NCBI GenBank assembly: GCA_024679065.1
Contig: JAGIQG010000016.1
Location: 1,922,001 to 1,986,000, forward strand
Length of the DNA: 64,000 bases
DNA from: Sphyrna mokarran
Taxonomy: Eukaryota
Direction: 5' to 3'
The translations under genes and the position numbers were made by a program. This document shows, piece after piece, positions 63,342 to 64,000 of this stretch. Numbering within the stretch: the stretch's first letter is position 1; every line of letters begins with the position of its first letter. The notes beneath the pieces are model-generated. The model had not been told where the DNA came from. It was given only the letters and a program-made list of their open reading frames with translations, and ran no database searches.

Positions 63342-63458
63342 AAGAAAGAAGGGAAGGTTCTGGAAATGGAATCTTATCACAGCCTCAGTCCTGATCCAGA
63401 AGATGATCTTTATGCAAACTGTGACTTTTCTCAGGATGCTATTTATGGGAATTTATAA
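63342..63458 (+). CDS. Gene 2, last coding exon with tyrosine motifs
   Basis: ttacag|AAG..TAA; KKEGKVLEMESYHSLSPDPEDDLYANCDFSQDAIYGNL*; total CDS 1380 nt (1371 with cryptic acceptor), in frame. Confidence 0.82.
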   Translation, partial: KKEGKVLEMESYHSLSPDPEDDLYANCDFSQDAIYGNL

Positions 63459-64000
63459 ACTGAGTGAGAAAGAGACATCCGCAGTGTGGTGAGAACACAG
63501 AGCTTGAGAATCATTCAAAACTTCCATTTACTTTCCAAAAATCCACAGTGTCTCAGTCTCTAAACCAGCTTTAAAGCTCTTGTTATAATCTGATATCTTT
63601 GAAATGATCTCTCTAAGATGATTCTCTGTATTTCAGTCTCTCTTCCTTCAGGGTTGTCCCTCACTGCTGGAAAACTCCTCTCTATTCCTACTGGAAATGT
63701 CTTTCAGCATTGATCAATGATCCACCAGAACAGAACGGACAAATTCAATCCCAGTACCTCCCATTTATGAGCCCACTAGGTCAAACTTCCCCCTCGCGAT
63801 CCCACCCCGTTCCACCACAGCCCTAGCCCTGAATTCTCATATTTCCACAGTTGTCTCTATTCTCCTCTCATTCACTCTCTAAACACACCTTGTCCATGAG
63901 GGCCAACTCCTGTTCCCTCGTTCCTTTTCCCAGTAAGCTGTTGACTGTACAACTTCCTCTCCTGGTTTCCAAGTCAGCCGATATTGATATTTCTCTTTGA

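Noticed and set aside
63375-63455. Canonical ITAM in gene 2 tail
   Set aside because: Spacing fits but the middle motif is YANC, not YxxL/I; reported only as a YxN array

Overview
Vertebrate genomic DNA, almost certainly a shark/elasmobranch (HE1-type tRNA-derived SINEs, HER1/CR1 LINEs, Penelope, Rex1/Babar, Gypsy and Harbinger remnants). It holds two tandem, plus-strand, intron-containing Siglec/MAG/CD22-like Ig-superfamily receptor genes, whose exons I assembled by hand from AG/GT sites and phases. Gene 1 (1871-18616) is 5'-incomplete, with leader and V exon outside the window. Its order is C2, four near-identical 282-bp glycan-rich Ig exons, C2, a MAG-D5-like domain, TM, and a tail with apparently disabled ITIM/ITSM. 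Gene 2 (47338-63458) is complete, about 459 aa: leader, V-set with the sialic-acid Arg, C2, Ig, TM, and a tail with three YxN motifs built by exon duplication. It has lost two structural Cys and its canonical C2 acceptor, which an in-frame cryptic AG could rescue. Between the genes lies an orphan copy of gene 1's 3' end. Notable repeat features: a CR1 insertion with an 8-bp TSD and an inverted 5'-UTR segment (twin-priming-like), a Penelope-type palindrome carrying two degenerate hammerhead ribozymes, a CR1 with tandem ~190-bp 5' monomers, inverted young CR1s bracketing frame-neutral exons, and multi-level nested insertions. Repeat boundaries are approximate unless a TSD is given, and family names come from motif recognition, not database search.
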